Of a DNA stretch of 64,000 bases, positions 40,549 through 53,446 are shown in pieces. The position numbers were made by a program, and so were the translations under genes. This DNA is from Octopus vulgaris (lineage: Eukaryota), in the NCBI GenBank assembly GCA_951406725.2, contig OX597817.1, positions 20,460,001-20,524,000 of the forward strand, in the 5' to 3' direction. Position 1 is the first letter of the stretch; every line of letters starts with the position of its first letter. The notes below the pieces were generated by a model, which saw only the letters and a program-made list of their open reading frames with translations, had not been told where the DNA came from and made no database searches.

Positions 40549-40740
40549 ATATTTTATAATTATGAGTATAATTATAATTAGGGTTCAGCAAAGGTTTGCT
40601 TTACCACATACCGAACTTTAGAAATAGCAGCCAAAGAACCTTAGGTATTTCTTCTACTATAAGAAGAAGCTCGCGGGGTATGTGGTAAAGCAAACCTTTG
40701 CTGAACCGTAATTATAATTATACTCATAATTATAAAATAT
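40549..40740. repeat. Inverted repeat, 64-bp arms (1 mismatch), 64-bp spacer, abutting (TA)n
   Basis: 40549-40612 vs 40677-40740. Confidence 0.92.
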
Positions 40741-40746
40741 ATATAT

Positions 40747-41305
40747 ATTTAAATTTAAAATGAGGGTGAGGAATTAGATATTAATTTAATTAACATCGAT
40801 TTCACACCAGTGGTTTAGCATATAAAAAAATGAAGGTTCAGTAAAATTGTATTATATACATATTAGAGGGAAACCACTATGTGGACACCATTATGCTAGA
40901 AATAGATCCACTATGGTCTTACCACTAAGAAATATTCTCAAGAAAAAATTAGCAAACAACCAAAATGTAATCGAGCAAGACAAAAGAAAAAGCAATGAAA
41001 ATATGGATTGTTCGCATACATGTTTTTCTATTAATATATTACGTAATTTTACTTACATAAATGTCCGTAGATCATCGGTGCGAACGTCCAGATGAATATA
41101 ATTTTCAGGACTGCATACTAGGACGTTCGCAGAAAGTCAGATTTGTAAACAGTTCTACCCACTACACTCGTGGCTACTATTTCCCTCAAATGTATATAAT
41201 ACAATTTTACTAAAACTTCATTTTTTTTATATGCTAGACCACTGGTGTGAAATCGATGTTAATTAAATTAATATCTAATTTCTCACCCTCATTTTGAATT
41301 TAAAT
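40747..41305. repeat. Inverted repeat, ~126-bp arms, ~306-bp spacer, abutting (TA)n
   Basis: 40747-40873 vs 41180-41305. Confidence 0.9.
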
Positions 41306-41618
41306 TTAAATTAATACGTTCTCTAACAGGCAAAGGCCACTGCAGTAAAGTATCATCTGCAAGATAGTTCTTCCGGTAATTTAGCGCGCCAAAACGAGGA
41401 CATTTGAAATAGTGTAAATGGAAGCACACTTGTTGCAAATACATAAAGGTATGGGTTCGAGGACCGTGCGTACGGCAAACCCTACTTTTTTTCCCCGTCG
41501 ATTGCTCGTATGCCCCAATATTAATTTTTTAAACTTAATCAATGCACGGTGATCGCCTAAAATATTCATGCTCGTAAACTATATTATTATTACTTATAAA
41601 TATATATATATACACATA

Positions 41619-41775
41619 GGCGCAGAAGTGGATGTGTGGTAAGTAGCTTGCTAACCAACCACATGGTTCCGGGTTCAGTCCCACTGCGTGGCATCTTGGG
41701 CAAATGTCTTCTGCTATAGCCTCGGGCCGAGTGGATTTGGTAGACGGAAGCTAAAAGAAGCCTGTCGTATATATG

Positions 41776-41806
<31 letters not shown>

Positions 41807-42016
41807 ATATGTTTGTGTGTTTGTCCCTCTAGCATTGCTTGACAACCGATGCTGGTGTGTTTACGTCCCCGTCACTTAGCGGTTCGGCAAAAGAGACCGA
41901 TAGAATATGTACTGGGCTTACAAAGAATAAGTCCTGGGGTCGATTTGCTCGACTAAAGGCGGTGCTCCAGCAAGGCCGCAGTCAAATGACTGAAACAAGT
42001 AAAAGAGTAAAGAGTA
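41619..42016 (+). mobile_element. SINE family A, full length
   Basis: ggcgcagaagtggatgtgtggtaag...gggttcagtcc...ggcggtgctccagcaaggccgcagtcaaatgactgaaacaagtaaaagag. Confidence 0.93.
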
Positions 42017-44403
42017 TACGCTATTTTATTTTAGGTACACTATTTTTTGCTAGATTTCGATCATAAAATCCACGTGAAAGCCATTTCTGCAGCCTCTTGT
42101 GCTACCTACAGTCTTGCAGCCAATAGCTTCATTGTAACCCTGGTCCGTGGAGAGAATAGAGTGCAATCGTAGCTCAAGGGATCCCTAGGGTACAGTTTGA
42201 TTTCATATCAGTGCTCGTACTCACGCACATACACTTACATATATGCAAAGTAATACACACATTCACATATACAATTTCTTATTTGTACTTTCGTTCTTCT
42301 ACTGCCAGCGTGTGTATATCTCATTACCTCCTGATTTCGTTTTCATATTTCTTGTCACTGATATCTTATATTTTTAAAAATGCAAATATATTTGGCGTAA
42401 AAACTTCAACAAGACTCACCTATTCAACACTACCACATCTATATATGCTAGCCCTTTATAATAACAAAAGGCGAAATGCATTAGTTATTTTTCAACTATT
42501 ACCTCAGCAAGAACATAAATTTCGTAAATCGAATCTCGTCAAATCTTTGTATAATAATATAAATTATACAGACTGACGTTTTTGTAAGGTTTGGAATGTC
42601 GCAAACCTGGAACAACTTTTACACCTGTCAATGTTTTTCAAGAGTTATTATATTTGCAGTATATAAGAGTGAAATATGCACTAACATTCAAGCTGCTAAT
42701 GTATTTATCTACGAAATCATTTTTTTTTTACAATGAAAAAAAAAATCAAAATGTGGAAAAAAAAGAGTAGTATAACCATCAAATAACTATTTTCACGTAG
42801 TTTGAAAGCAATGATTTTTTTTCTACTTAAGTAGGTCATACACATAGTTTATATCATTATGTTCAACGGATGGCAAATATAACTCACGGCCGTATGATTT
42901 ATAGCTGTAATGTGTTTACTCTATTATTTGCGCATTTTCGTCTAGGACATTGCATGTAAATACCACGAAGAATAGATTCATAACAATATACATGAAACAC
43001 TCTAAAAAATTTCAGAGAACTCGACGTCGCAGCAATCTTTGTTTTTAATGATATACATGATGTGAAATATATCCTGACAAGTACAATTGCGAGTAGCAAA
43101 AAGAAATCGATTTTACTTTAGTTTATACATGCCTTATTTCATGTAATCCGAATATACAATAATTTATTTAACGCAATCAGTGCTGATACTGGGTGCAGCT
43201 GCCTTGATTCACTCACTTTGTTTAACTTACAAAGAGGAAACGTAAACACCCAAATCTAACAAAGTCTCAAGAATACCAATAAGGAAGGCTCTCTTCATAA
43301 ATGAATGTCATGGTTGTAATATGTGTTTGGAAGAATCTAATTCCTATTTTCGGCCTTCAGTACTACATAACACATGCCAAAGCTATATACATATGGAACT
43401 GTAGGTAAAGAATACGTGGAATTGATAATCAATAGTTTCTTAATATTGACAAACTGAATATTATGCAAACAGTATGAAATAAATATTTGTGAGTCCAATC
43501 TTACTTCGTGTATTGTAGAAGACCGATGAAGTAACCATTCATGTTCACCAATCGTAATTCAGGCGACAGGATTATGGGCGCACAAGTATATAATAATGTT
43601 TGTCAGTTACATGTATCGAAAATTAGTACAATCTAAAACAAAATGAGTTTAACACTATTTGAGATCAGGGGGTTGTTTCAAAGACATTTGACTGTGATAT
43701 CTGTCAAATGATTTGCTGACGCTGTTCTAATTATGTTAGTTGCACCATTCCGCGTAATATTAACTTCCCTTCGTATTACACCGGGTTGTTCTTTATGATT
43801 TGATGGTTCTTCATTCATTTATTTACATAGTAATATTCGTATGACTCTAATGCGAAATATATAAAATTCGAGGCAAACAATATGTACATTTCTTTTACCC
43901 TGTTGAAACACATGTATATGCATCATCTTTTACTACGAACCTCATCTTCTAACCAATCTCATACATTCTGTTGCAAAGTTAGCTCGCACTTCAAATACCT
44001 GGATATCCACCAATATTCTCGAAAAGATCCACTCATTTTCTTAGATATTTACAGCACGCTACACGACTGTAAAGCAACCTTTCGGCTGTCGTTGCTCATA
44101 GGTGTTTTTCTCGTGAACTAAAAATGACCAGGCATTACTCCTCAATTGAAGTTTCCAACAATGCTTGTGTTTATCTATTTATTTGTTATGTTATAGCGGT
44201 TTTGTCTCACCTGCCATTGATGTTAGAAATGTTGGTAGGGAATGTTCTGCAGATCTCTTGATTTTGCTTGTCTTCGAGACTTTGTTACTGTTCTCAATGC
44301 TCCTTTAAATATTACCAGATTTCCTTTTGCTTTGGCGATGAAGACTGAAAAAAATGATATTGATATTGTTTACATTGTAATCACAAGACAAGAAGTTTAA
44401 CAT

Positions 44404-44643
<240 letters not shown>

Positions 44644-44646
44644 ATG

Positions 44647-45944
44647 CAGCTACAATATCCTTAACTGGACACTAAATGAACTGACCAAAATAGATAGGAA
44701 AACAAGAAAAATAATGACAGGATCTAGGATGCATCACCCAAAATCTGACATAGAAAGACTATATATACAACGTATAGAAGGTGGTAGAGGCCTTATACAG
44801 CTGGAAAACTACTATAAAATAACCGCCATAGTACTGCAAAAATATCTACTTCAGAAGGAAGGAAAACTGATAAAAATAGCGACAAAACACGAGCAAAACA
44901 AAAAGCTGTTCTCAAGAAATCATACCACCTAATAAATATGAAGAAGAAGAAGAAGAAGAAGAAGAAGAAGAAGAAGAAGAAGAAGAAGAAGAAGAAGATG
45001 ATGATGAAGAAACAACAAAAGCTATAAAACAAATGAAATCCAAACTAAAAATAGAACAGCAACGAACCATGATGAAGCGATGGCAAGAAAAGCCCCTTCA
45101 TGGTAAATACTGGACTAAACTAAGCGCAAAAGAAATAGACAAAGAAAAATCCTAGCAATGGTTGAGAAGCTCACGACTCAAAGCAGAAACAGAGGGATTT
45201 TTAATTGCAGAACAAGACCAAAGCCTCGCCACCAGAAATTACCAAAGACATGTAATGAAAAGAAATATTACAAGTAATTTCAGAATATGTGGAGATGGAC
45301 AAGAAACAATAAATCATATTATCTCTGGCTGCCCAGTCCTGGCTAAGAAGGAATATATTCACAGACATGACAGTGTTGGAACCTACATACACTGGAAGCT
45401 ATGCCAACATTATGGAATAACAACAGAAAAAAAGATGGTATAGGCACACACCAGAAAAAGTCACAGAAAACGAGAAAGCAACCATACTCTAGGATATGCC
45501 GATACACACAGATAGAGAAATTAAGACCAACAGGCCAGATATAGTTGTCAGAGATCATGAAGAAAAAAATGCTTTCTAATTGATGTATCAATACCACCGA
45601 ATGACAACGTGTCTCTAACAGAAATGGAGAATCTTTCAAAATACAAAGGCCTGGAAATAGAGGTAACCAGAATGTGGAATCTAAAACTAGAAACAATCCC
45701 TATCATTGTAGGTGCATTAGGCATGATAAAAAATATTCAGACAAATACATAACAAAAACACCAGGACTTACAAACACATATAACATACAGAAAATTGCAC
45801 TGCTAGGCACTGCACATATCCTACGCAGAACACTTTCCATACAATAACCATCAGAGCATCACAAAAAATCACAGCACATACCTAAGGCACACAGAGCTGC
45901 GCTCGGTAGTGATGTGAAAGCACGCTACCAAAATAAAACTACTG
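44647..45944 (+). mobile_element. Dong/R4-clade LINE family 1, 5'-truncated, disrupted
   Basis: MHHPKSDIERLYIQRIEGGRGL, KAETEGFLIAEQDQ, zinc knuckle RICGDGQETINHIISGC, RHD and RPDIV (REL). The 3' end runs into (TAA)n. Confidence 0.93.
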
Positions 45945-46127
45945 AATAATAATAATAATAATAATATAGAAAATAGAAAATAGCACTACTAGGCACTGCA
46001 CACATCCCACGTAAAGCACTCTCGATACAGTAACCATATGAGCATCGCAGCAAACAACAGCACATACCTAAGGCACACAGAATTTCGTTAGGTATTGCTT
46101 TGAAAGCACGTTATGAAAATAAGACTA

Positions 46128-46220
<93 letters not shown>

Positions 46221-46289
46221 CTTTGGATGTAAAGTCTTAATGGAGTATAAATTAAGAGATGACATAATAACTGGCTAATAATCGGCATT

Positions 46290-46870
46290 ACAATATCAAA
46301 ACTGCCGACAAGTGGTATAATCACCACCCTGAGGCTGTAACTGAAGGAGAAAATGTAACCATTCTGTGGGACTTTCCAGTACATACAGACCGAACCATCA
46401 AGGCCAATAAACCAGATATTGTTGTGAAAGACCAAAACAATAAAGTTTGCTTATTGATCGACATGAGCATCTGTGATCATAATATCTCAGCGAAAGAGTT
46501 TGACAAGCTCAGAAAATATAAAGACCTACTCATTGAAATTGAGAAAATGTGGCATCTCAAGGCGGTTACAATACCAGTGCTCGTAGGAGCACTAGGAATG
46601 ATCAAGAAGGGAACCGCAAATTATATGAGAATGATCCCTGGCTTACCATCCCTGCAAAAGTGCAAAAGATTGTCTTAACTGGTACATCATTGTTGATGTG
46701 AGAACTGTTGCTGCTCATGTATTTTAATTTAACTTTAAAAAATTAAAAAAAAAATTAACGAACTACTGAGTTTGGTTTAATGGCCTACCAATGTATACTA
46801 TGAGTTTCTTGCCCTAGAGTCGGGAAGACACTCGGCAAGAAATGGAAGCAAATTTGAAAGAAGAAAAAAA
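46290..46870 (+). mobile_element. Dong/R4-clade LINE family 2, 3' fragment
   Basis: ILWDFPVHTDRTIKANKPDIVVKD...KYKDLLIEIEKMW...PVLVGALG. The 3' UTR ends at TAA repeats. Confidence 0.9.
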
Positions 46871-47779
46871 TAATAATAATCTCACTAAATAAGTAATATG
46901 AAATGCTTCCTGAAACAACCATAAACACTAAGGCAGATGGAAAGCAAATATATGTAGAAAGTCACACAGAATTTGATGTATCAGAACTACATGATCTAAA
47001 AGTCCAAATCATAATTGAATGGCTGAAAATTAAAGAAACCAGTATGAATGAATGGGACACTCTTCCAAAAATTCGCATTTCTAACTAAAACATGAAAATA
47101 ATTGGTAAAATCCACCTTGCACTTACGGATATAATTTCAGTTAATGATGTTGATATTACAGATGTCAACAACCAGTAATATGCATCCGCGAAAATTTCAA
47201 CGGTTCTGTGTGGAGAAAAGATTAGAAAACGACAACTTTCCCGCAAAAAGCCTTCTTAGAAAGAATACATTGAAAACCAAATTCAGCTACTTAGGTCTGG
47301 CATAGAATGTTTAAAAATCTTAAGATTGACATGACAATCAAACCAACTAAACACAAAAATTATACAAAAAATATATTATGAAAAAAATATTTGATATTGA
47401 TAGCACCATAGCAACCATAAAGCCAAAGGTTTGTACTAATGCTGCCCACATAGCAAGGCATGTGAAGCGCGTTAGATTCTTCAAGAACATGTTCAAAAGT
47501 ACCCCAATTTTTTTACAGGAAGATAGGGATAATGTTATAAAGTGAAGCTAAAAGAAGAGGCTATCGAAAACGGATGTTAGCTTAGAGAAGATTATGATCA
47601 AAGTGACTGAGCAGAAGTTAGTTGATCAATCTAATGCTATTAGAAGAAAGTGGATTACAGAATTAGAGGGGGAAGAGATCAGAAGGGCACTGGAAAAGAA
47701 AGCCCAGGCAGTGTGAAAGACAAACTACAATATAAGATAGAGCTCAAACCAATAATAATAGTACCAATAATAATAATAA

Positions 47780-48830
47780 GGAGGGGACAACTGACACCAG
47801 CGATTTAAATGATTTAAATGAGGAGGATCAGAAGATTTTAGATGAGTGGCCGGAAGTAACGGGTAAAGAAGTAAGAAAAAGGTTAGCATCATTAAAATGC
47901 ACCATCACAAGGAAGCAACTAGAAATGGTTAGGAATGCTGATTCGGTTATCACTACGACAGATAATATAATTGTAGGAAACAATGCAGGATGGTTAGTAT
48001 TTACCAGAAGATCAGGTATCTCACAAGGAAAGATTAAAAAGAGCAAATGTGGTAAAGGAAACAACAAAATAAAGGTAAGACTTTAAGACAAGATCTGAAT
48101 GGAAGAGAAGCCTGTAAACTGAACAAGTTAGGAAACACAAGATGCAAATCTTCCCTTGAGAAAATATACTCAATCAAAGAGAAAAGATTTGGGACAGTAA
48201 TAGAAGAGTTGAAATAGCGTATCATAGCAGTAGAAGGTAAGTTATCCAGTCATCAGAAAAGAATAGACCAGTATCAACAGAATAGATTATTGAGACAGAC
48301 CAGTGGAGATTTTATACCCAAATAATTAGCAGATAAGAAACTACTGTTAAAAACCTAATGCAGAAGAAGCTAAAAGTGTCTGGTGTAGTATTTGGGAATT
48401 GGCAGTCAGTCAGATGGAGACACAGTATGGTTTAAAACATTCAGGGTTGAAGTAGTGATAGAGACGCAGCCTCATCTACAATTGACAAGTGAATTAATGT
48501 GTAAAGTGTTAGGGAATATGCTGAAACGGAAGGGCCCAGAATCAGATTTAGTTCAAGGGTACTGGTTAAAGAAATTTCATAGTTTACATGGGAGGCTGAG
48601 GGAACGACCTGAACATTGCCTTAATGGAGGAATAATTCTAGATTTGATTCCTAGAGGGAGGACAGTACTTATAATGAAATATAAGAGCAAGGGTAATACA
48701 GCTAGCAGGATGCTGTTAACGGGAATGCTTTCATAAAGCATTTACGAGCAGCACCTTGGCAGACAGAATGTACTGACAGACGAAAAGAAAGGTCGCAGGA
48801 AGAAGGCTAGAGGAACCTAAATATTGTTTA
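47780..48830 (+). mobile_element. Dong/R4-clade LINE, decayed N-terminal RT region
   Basis: KGPESDLVQGYWLKKFHSLHGRL...GRTVLIMK (ORF 48392-48736). Boundaries approximate. Confidence 0.75.
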
Positions 48831-49419
48831 AAAAGAAGTGAAAAAAATGTCCAAAGTTCAAAGGATTCGAAATTGATGTACTCTAGATGTGGGGCATGAA
48901 GATATAAACAATAGCAGTAATGATTGAATCATCAGGAATGACAAAAATAAAGCATATGAACAAAACCGTAGAAGCTACACCCACATCCTCAATACTACAT
49001 ACTATTCAAAAAATAGCCCTGCTGGTAACTACCAGCATTCTACGCAAGATATTATCAATTGAATAATACAATCTAAAAAAAAGACAATCAACAAACACAA
49101 GACAGTTTATACCGCAGTTATTCAATGAAATAAACTTCCACCAGTAAGCCTTGAAACAAACGCATTACACACTCAACACACAATACAAACACTAACACGA
49201 CAAAAAGCTGCACCGCGCTCGTAAACAAAAAGAACTGACGCAATACAATACCGGGAGATGTTTGCAGACTCCCACGAACGGAGAAGAAACACAATGAAAC
49301 ATGCCCCAGCAACACACAGAACCCCCCCCCAGCAAAATGGACGTGTAACAGGTGATGCAGATAAAGTAATTTTAAGTATCTGGAAACTGAAATACATTAA
49401 AACGTGTTCCTGTTATTGA

Positions 49420-50051
49420 AGCATATTATCTCTAGCTGCCCAGTCCTGGCTAAGAAGGAATATATTCACAGACATGACAGAGTTGGAACCTACATACATT
49501 GGAAGCTATGCCAACATTATGGAATAACAACAGAAAAAAGATGGTATAGGCACACACCAGAAAAGGTCACAGAAAACGAGAAAGCAACCATACTCTGGGA
49601 TATGCCGATACACACAGATAGAGAAATTAAGGCCAACAGACCAGATATAGTTGTCAGAGATCATGAAGAAAAAAATGCTTTCTAATTGATGTATCAATAC
49701 CGGCAGATGACAACGTGTCTCTAAAAGAAATGGAGAAACTCTCAAAATACAAAGACCTGGAAATAGAGATAATTAGAATGTGGAACCTGAAAACAGAAAC
49801 AATTCCTATCATAGTAGGTGCATTAGGCATGATAAAAAAATATTCAGACAAATACATAACAAAAACACCAGGACTTACAAACACATATAACATACAGAAA
49901 ATTGCACTACTAGGCACTGCACACATCCTACGCAGAACACTTTCCATACAATAACCATCAGAGCATCACAACAAATCACAGCACATACCTAAGGCACACA
50001 GAGCTGCGCTCGGTAGTGAAGTGAAAGCACGCTATAAAAATAAAACTACTG
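49420..50051 (+). mobile_element. Dong/R4-clade LINE family 1, second 3' copy
   Basis: Closely similar to 45315-45944. HIISSCPVLAKKEYIHRHDRVG...NRPDIVVRD. Ends in (TAA)n. Confidence 0.93.
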
Positions 50052-50080
50052 AATAATAATAATAATAATGATAATAATAA

Positions 50081-51078
50081 AACCAGATATTGTTGTGAAA
50101 GACCAAAACAATAAAGTTTACTTATTGATCGAAATGAGCATCCCCTGTGATCATAATATCTCAGCGAAAGAGTTTGACAAGCTCAGAAAATATAAAGACC
50201 TACTCATTGAAATTGAGAAAATGTGACATTTCAAGGCGGCTACAATACCAGTGCTCGTAGGAGCACTAGGAATGATCAAGAAGGGAACCGAAAATTATAT
50301 GAGAATGATCCCTGGCTTACCATCCCTTCAAGAAGTGCAAACCAGATATTGTTGTGAAAGACCAAAACAATAAAGTTTGCTTATTGATCGATATGAGCAT
50401 CCCCTGTGATCATAATATCTCAGCGAAAGAGTTTGACAAGCTCAGAAAATATAAAGACCTACTCATTGAAATTGAGAAAATGTGACATCTCAAGGCGGTT
50501 ACAATACCAGTGCTCGTAGGAGCACTAGGAATGATCAAGAAGGGAACCGAAAATTATATGAGAATGATCCCTGGCTTACCATCCCTTCAAGAAGTGCAAA
50601 CCAGATATTGTTGTGAAAGACCGAAACAATAAAGTTTGCTTATTGATCGAAATGAGCATCCCCTGTGATCATAATATCTCAGCGAAAGAGTTTGACAAGC
50701 TCAGAAAATATAAAGACCTACTCATTGAAATTGAGAAAATGTGGCATCTCAAGGCGGTTACAATACCAGTGATCGTAGGAGCACTAGGAATGATCAAGAA
50801 GGGAACCGAAAATTATATGAGAATGATCCCTGGCTTACCATCCCTGCAAGAAGTGCAAAAGATTGTCTTAACTCGTACATCACACGTATTGAGAAGAGCA
50901 TTGTCGATGTGAGAACTGTTGCTGCTCATGTATTTTAATTTAACTTAAAAAAAAAAAATGAACGAACTATTGAGTTTGGTTTAATGGCCTACCAATGTAT
51001 ACTATGAGTTTCTTTGCCCTAGGAGTCGGGAAGACACTCGGCAAGAAATGGAAGCAAATTTGAAAGAAGAAAAAAAAA
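50081..51078 (+). mobile_element. Dong/R4 family 2 3' fragment with three tandem 259-bp units
   Basis: aaccagatattgttgtg at 50081, 50340 and 50599. The third unit continues into the stop codon and 3' UTR. Confidence 0.95.
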
Positions 51079-51399
51079 ATAATAATAATAATAATAATTT
51101 GGTTGTTGAGTATCTTCCATCATAAGTTAACATCCAATTACCAAAGCTTATAATTTGCTGAAAAAGACCCTGTGAAACCTTTGACAGCATTTTATTCTCT
51201 GCTTTCACAAAATGAACCAGAGCAAGTATGGCCGAGAACTCTGACAATGGAATAACAACAGAAACAACAGCCACAACAACAGCAACAACAACAAAAAAAC
51301 AACAAAACACTTCGCATTTTCTAAAATGATGTGTTATGGGAATTAAGGCTTCAAAATTACGCTCTATCGATAACAAACGAGGAGCATTTGACAGAGGCA

Positions 51400-52500
51400 A
51401 GGAAATTAAAATGCCAAATGAATAAACAATGAAATCAGATGTGATAGGACAGAGGTGTAAGTGTTTTGGAATACTGGAATATTAGTGGCATATAAAATAT
51501 AATATGAAAAAAGTAGCAAATTGCAAGTTATGAGTATACAAGAAGAGTGGGATGTGGACGTAACGAAACTGCCTACTGAACTATTTGCAGAACAGCAAAA
51601 CAAAGTCACTCTTGAAGTAAATAAAGGACAAGTGATCAACATTAGAAAATGGGAAAAGGAAAACATGAAAGTTAAATGGGATTTGCTGAGTAGGTTGAAG
51701 TGAAACTTTTGCATGGTCAATTTTGGAATGCGACTAAGTAAGTATGTGCTTCAAAATCATGGGTTTGTTTGAACTGAGATATATTGAAAAAAGAAAATGG
51801 ACCGCCGTACTATTAAAGCAGTAGATCAAGCACTGCAAACAACAAAATGATTAAATTACTGTATGGGTGTGGGGGAAACGTACAGACAAATGTAGAGTAT
51901 GTGAATTTTGGGTGAAGCAATTGGCATAAATTTATGTAGTGTGATCCAAGTTGGCTTAAGTAGAATACAAAAAACGAGGCAATGATCAAATTGTGGATGT
52001 TTTTCACTAGAAACTTTGTCAATATAGAGATTTGAAGCACAAAATACATGGTATAACAATTGTATAGAAAGTGTATTTGAGTCAGAACATACAAGATATG
52101 AGGGATTTTCCCATTCTAACGGATTAGAAAATGGATCACAACCAACCAGATATTGAATTAATCAGGAAAATTGAATGTGCATAGTGAGTGATAAATCACG
52201 TCCATTTGATTCTGGGATAGCGAATAAAGACGACAAGAAGTTGAAAAAGCTGCCCCTTATTTGAGATCCCGAGAATTTGGAAGATGAAATCTTTAAAGAT
52301 TGATAGATGATAATATGTGCATTTGTGATTGTGAGAGATGAAATAGATAAGTAGATAAAGGAGATTGGAATAACATGTCCTGTACAGCTTCTATTGAAGT
52401 TTTGCCACTTTGGAGCAGAAAAGACCATTAGAATGGGTTTGAAAACATGATGGCTTATTGGAATCATGTGGATATCTAAGGTTGCAGGCAGAAACCCGCA
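51400..52500 (+). mobile_element. Highly decayed Dong/R4-type LINE 3' region
   Basis: Remnants resembling the zinc knuckle, WDF, RPD and LQKSALLG-type segments. Followed by (TAA)n. Confidence 0.6.
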
Positions 52501-52566
52501 ACTCATATAAATTCAAACTACAATGAAATCCATCTGAGTAATGTAATAATAATAAGGATGATGATG

Positions 52567-52649
<83 letters not shown>

Positions 52650-53389
52650 CCCCTTATATATGCAATAACAAGCATAAAATAAAATAGCAATGCTAAAGCT
52701 ATTATGACCGTCCAAATATTCGTGACTATTAAATGCAAGATCTTCATAAAAATGAAAGCAGCGACATATGAATAGTACACAGAAATGAAAATCCTGTCAC
52801 ATGATGCTAAGTGAGTCCCAATGTTCTAATTGTAACATGGTGTACGGATTTTGGTGCCCAACATATATTTTAATAATTCTAGAATGAGGAAAGTGAACCA
52901 GTGATATTTTACTCAATATAACAAAATACCTGGAAATGACTAAAAAGTAAAATCCCGTCTTTCTATAGTCATCTATGAGGTCAATTTACAAGAAAACATG
53001 CTATATGCAATAAACTCACACTAATAGAAAATGTAAACATACAAGTTAGATTTAAAAGAATTTTGCAAAGCAAATTACACAGTATATATATATATATATA
53101 GTATTGTTTAGTAGTTTAGGACAACGAACGTTGACGCAAGGCAAAAGTCTCAAATATCATACATTTTTCAAATATCATATTTGGAAATGTATTGTATATG
53201 TCTTGCGATGTTTGCCTTGCCTTAACGTTCGTTGTCTTCTTTAACAATTATATATCCGCTGCTTCTGAAATCCGCAATGGCTCCCTAACTAGCGTCACGG
53301 TTATAACCATGGAGCTCTAGTAATCCGTTACGGCACTTACTTAATGTACCTAATCGTTTAGATCACCTGTGAACTAAACCCCCATTATT

Positions 53390-53439
<50 letters not shown>

Positions 53440-53446
53440 TATATAT

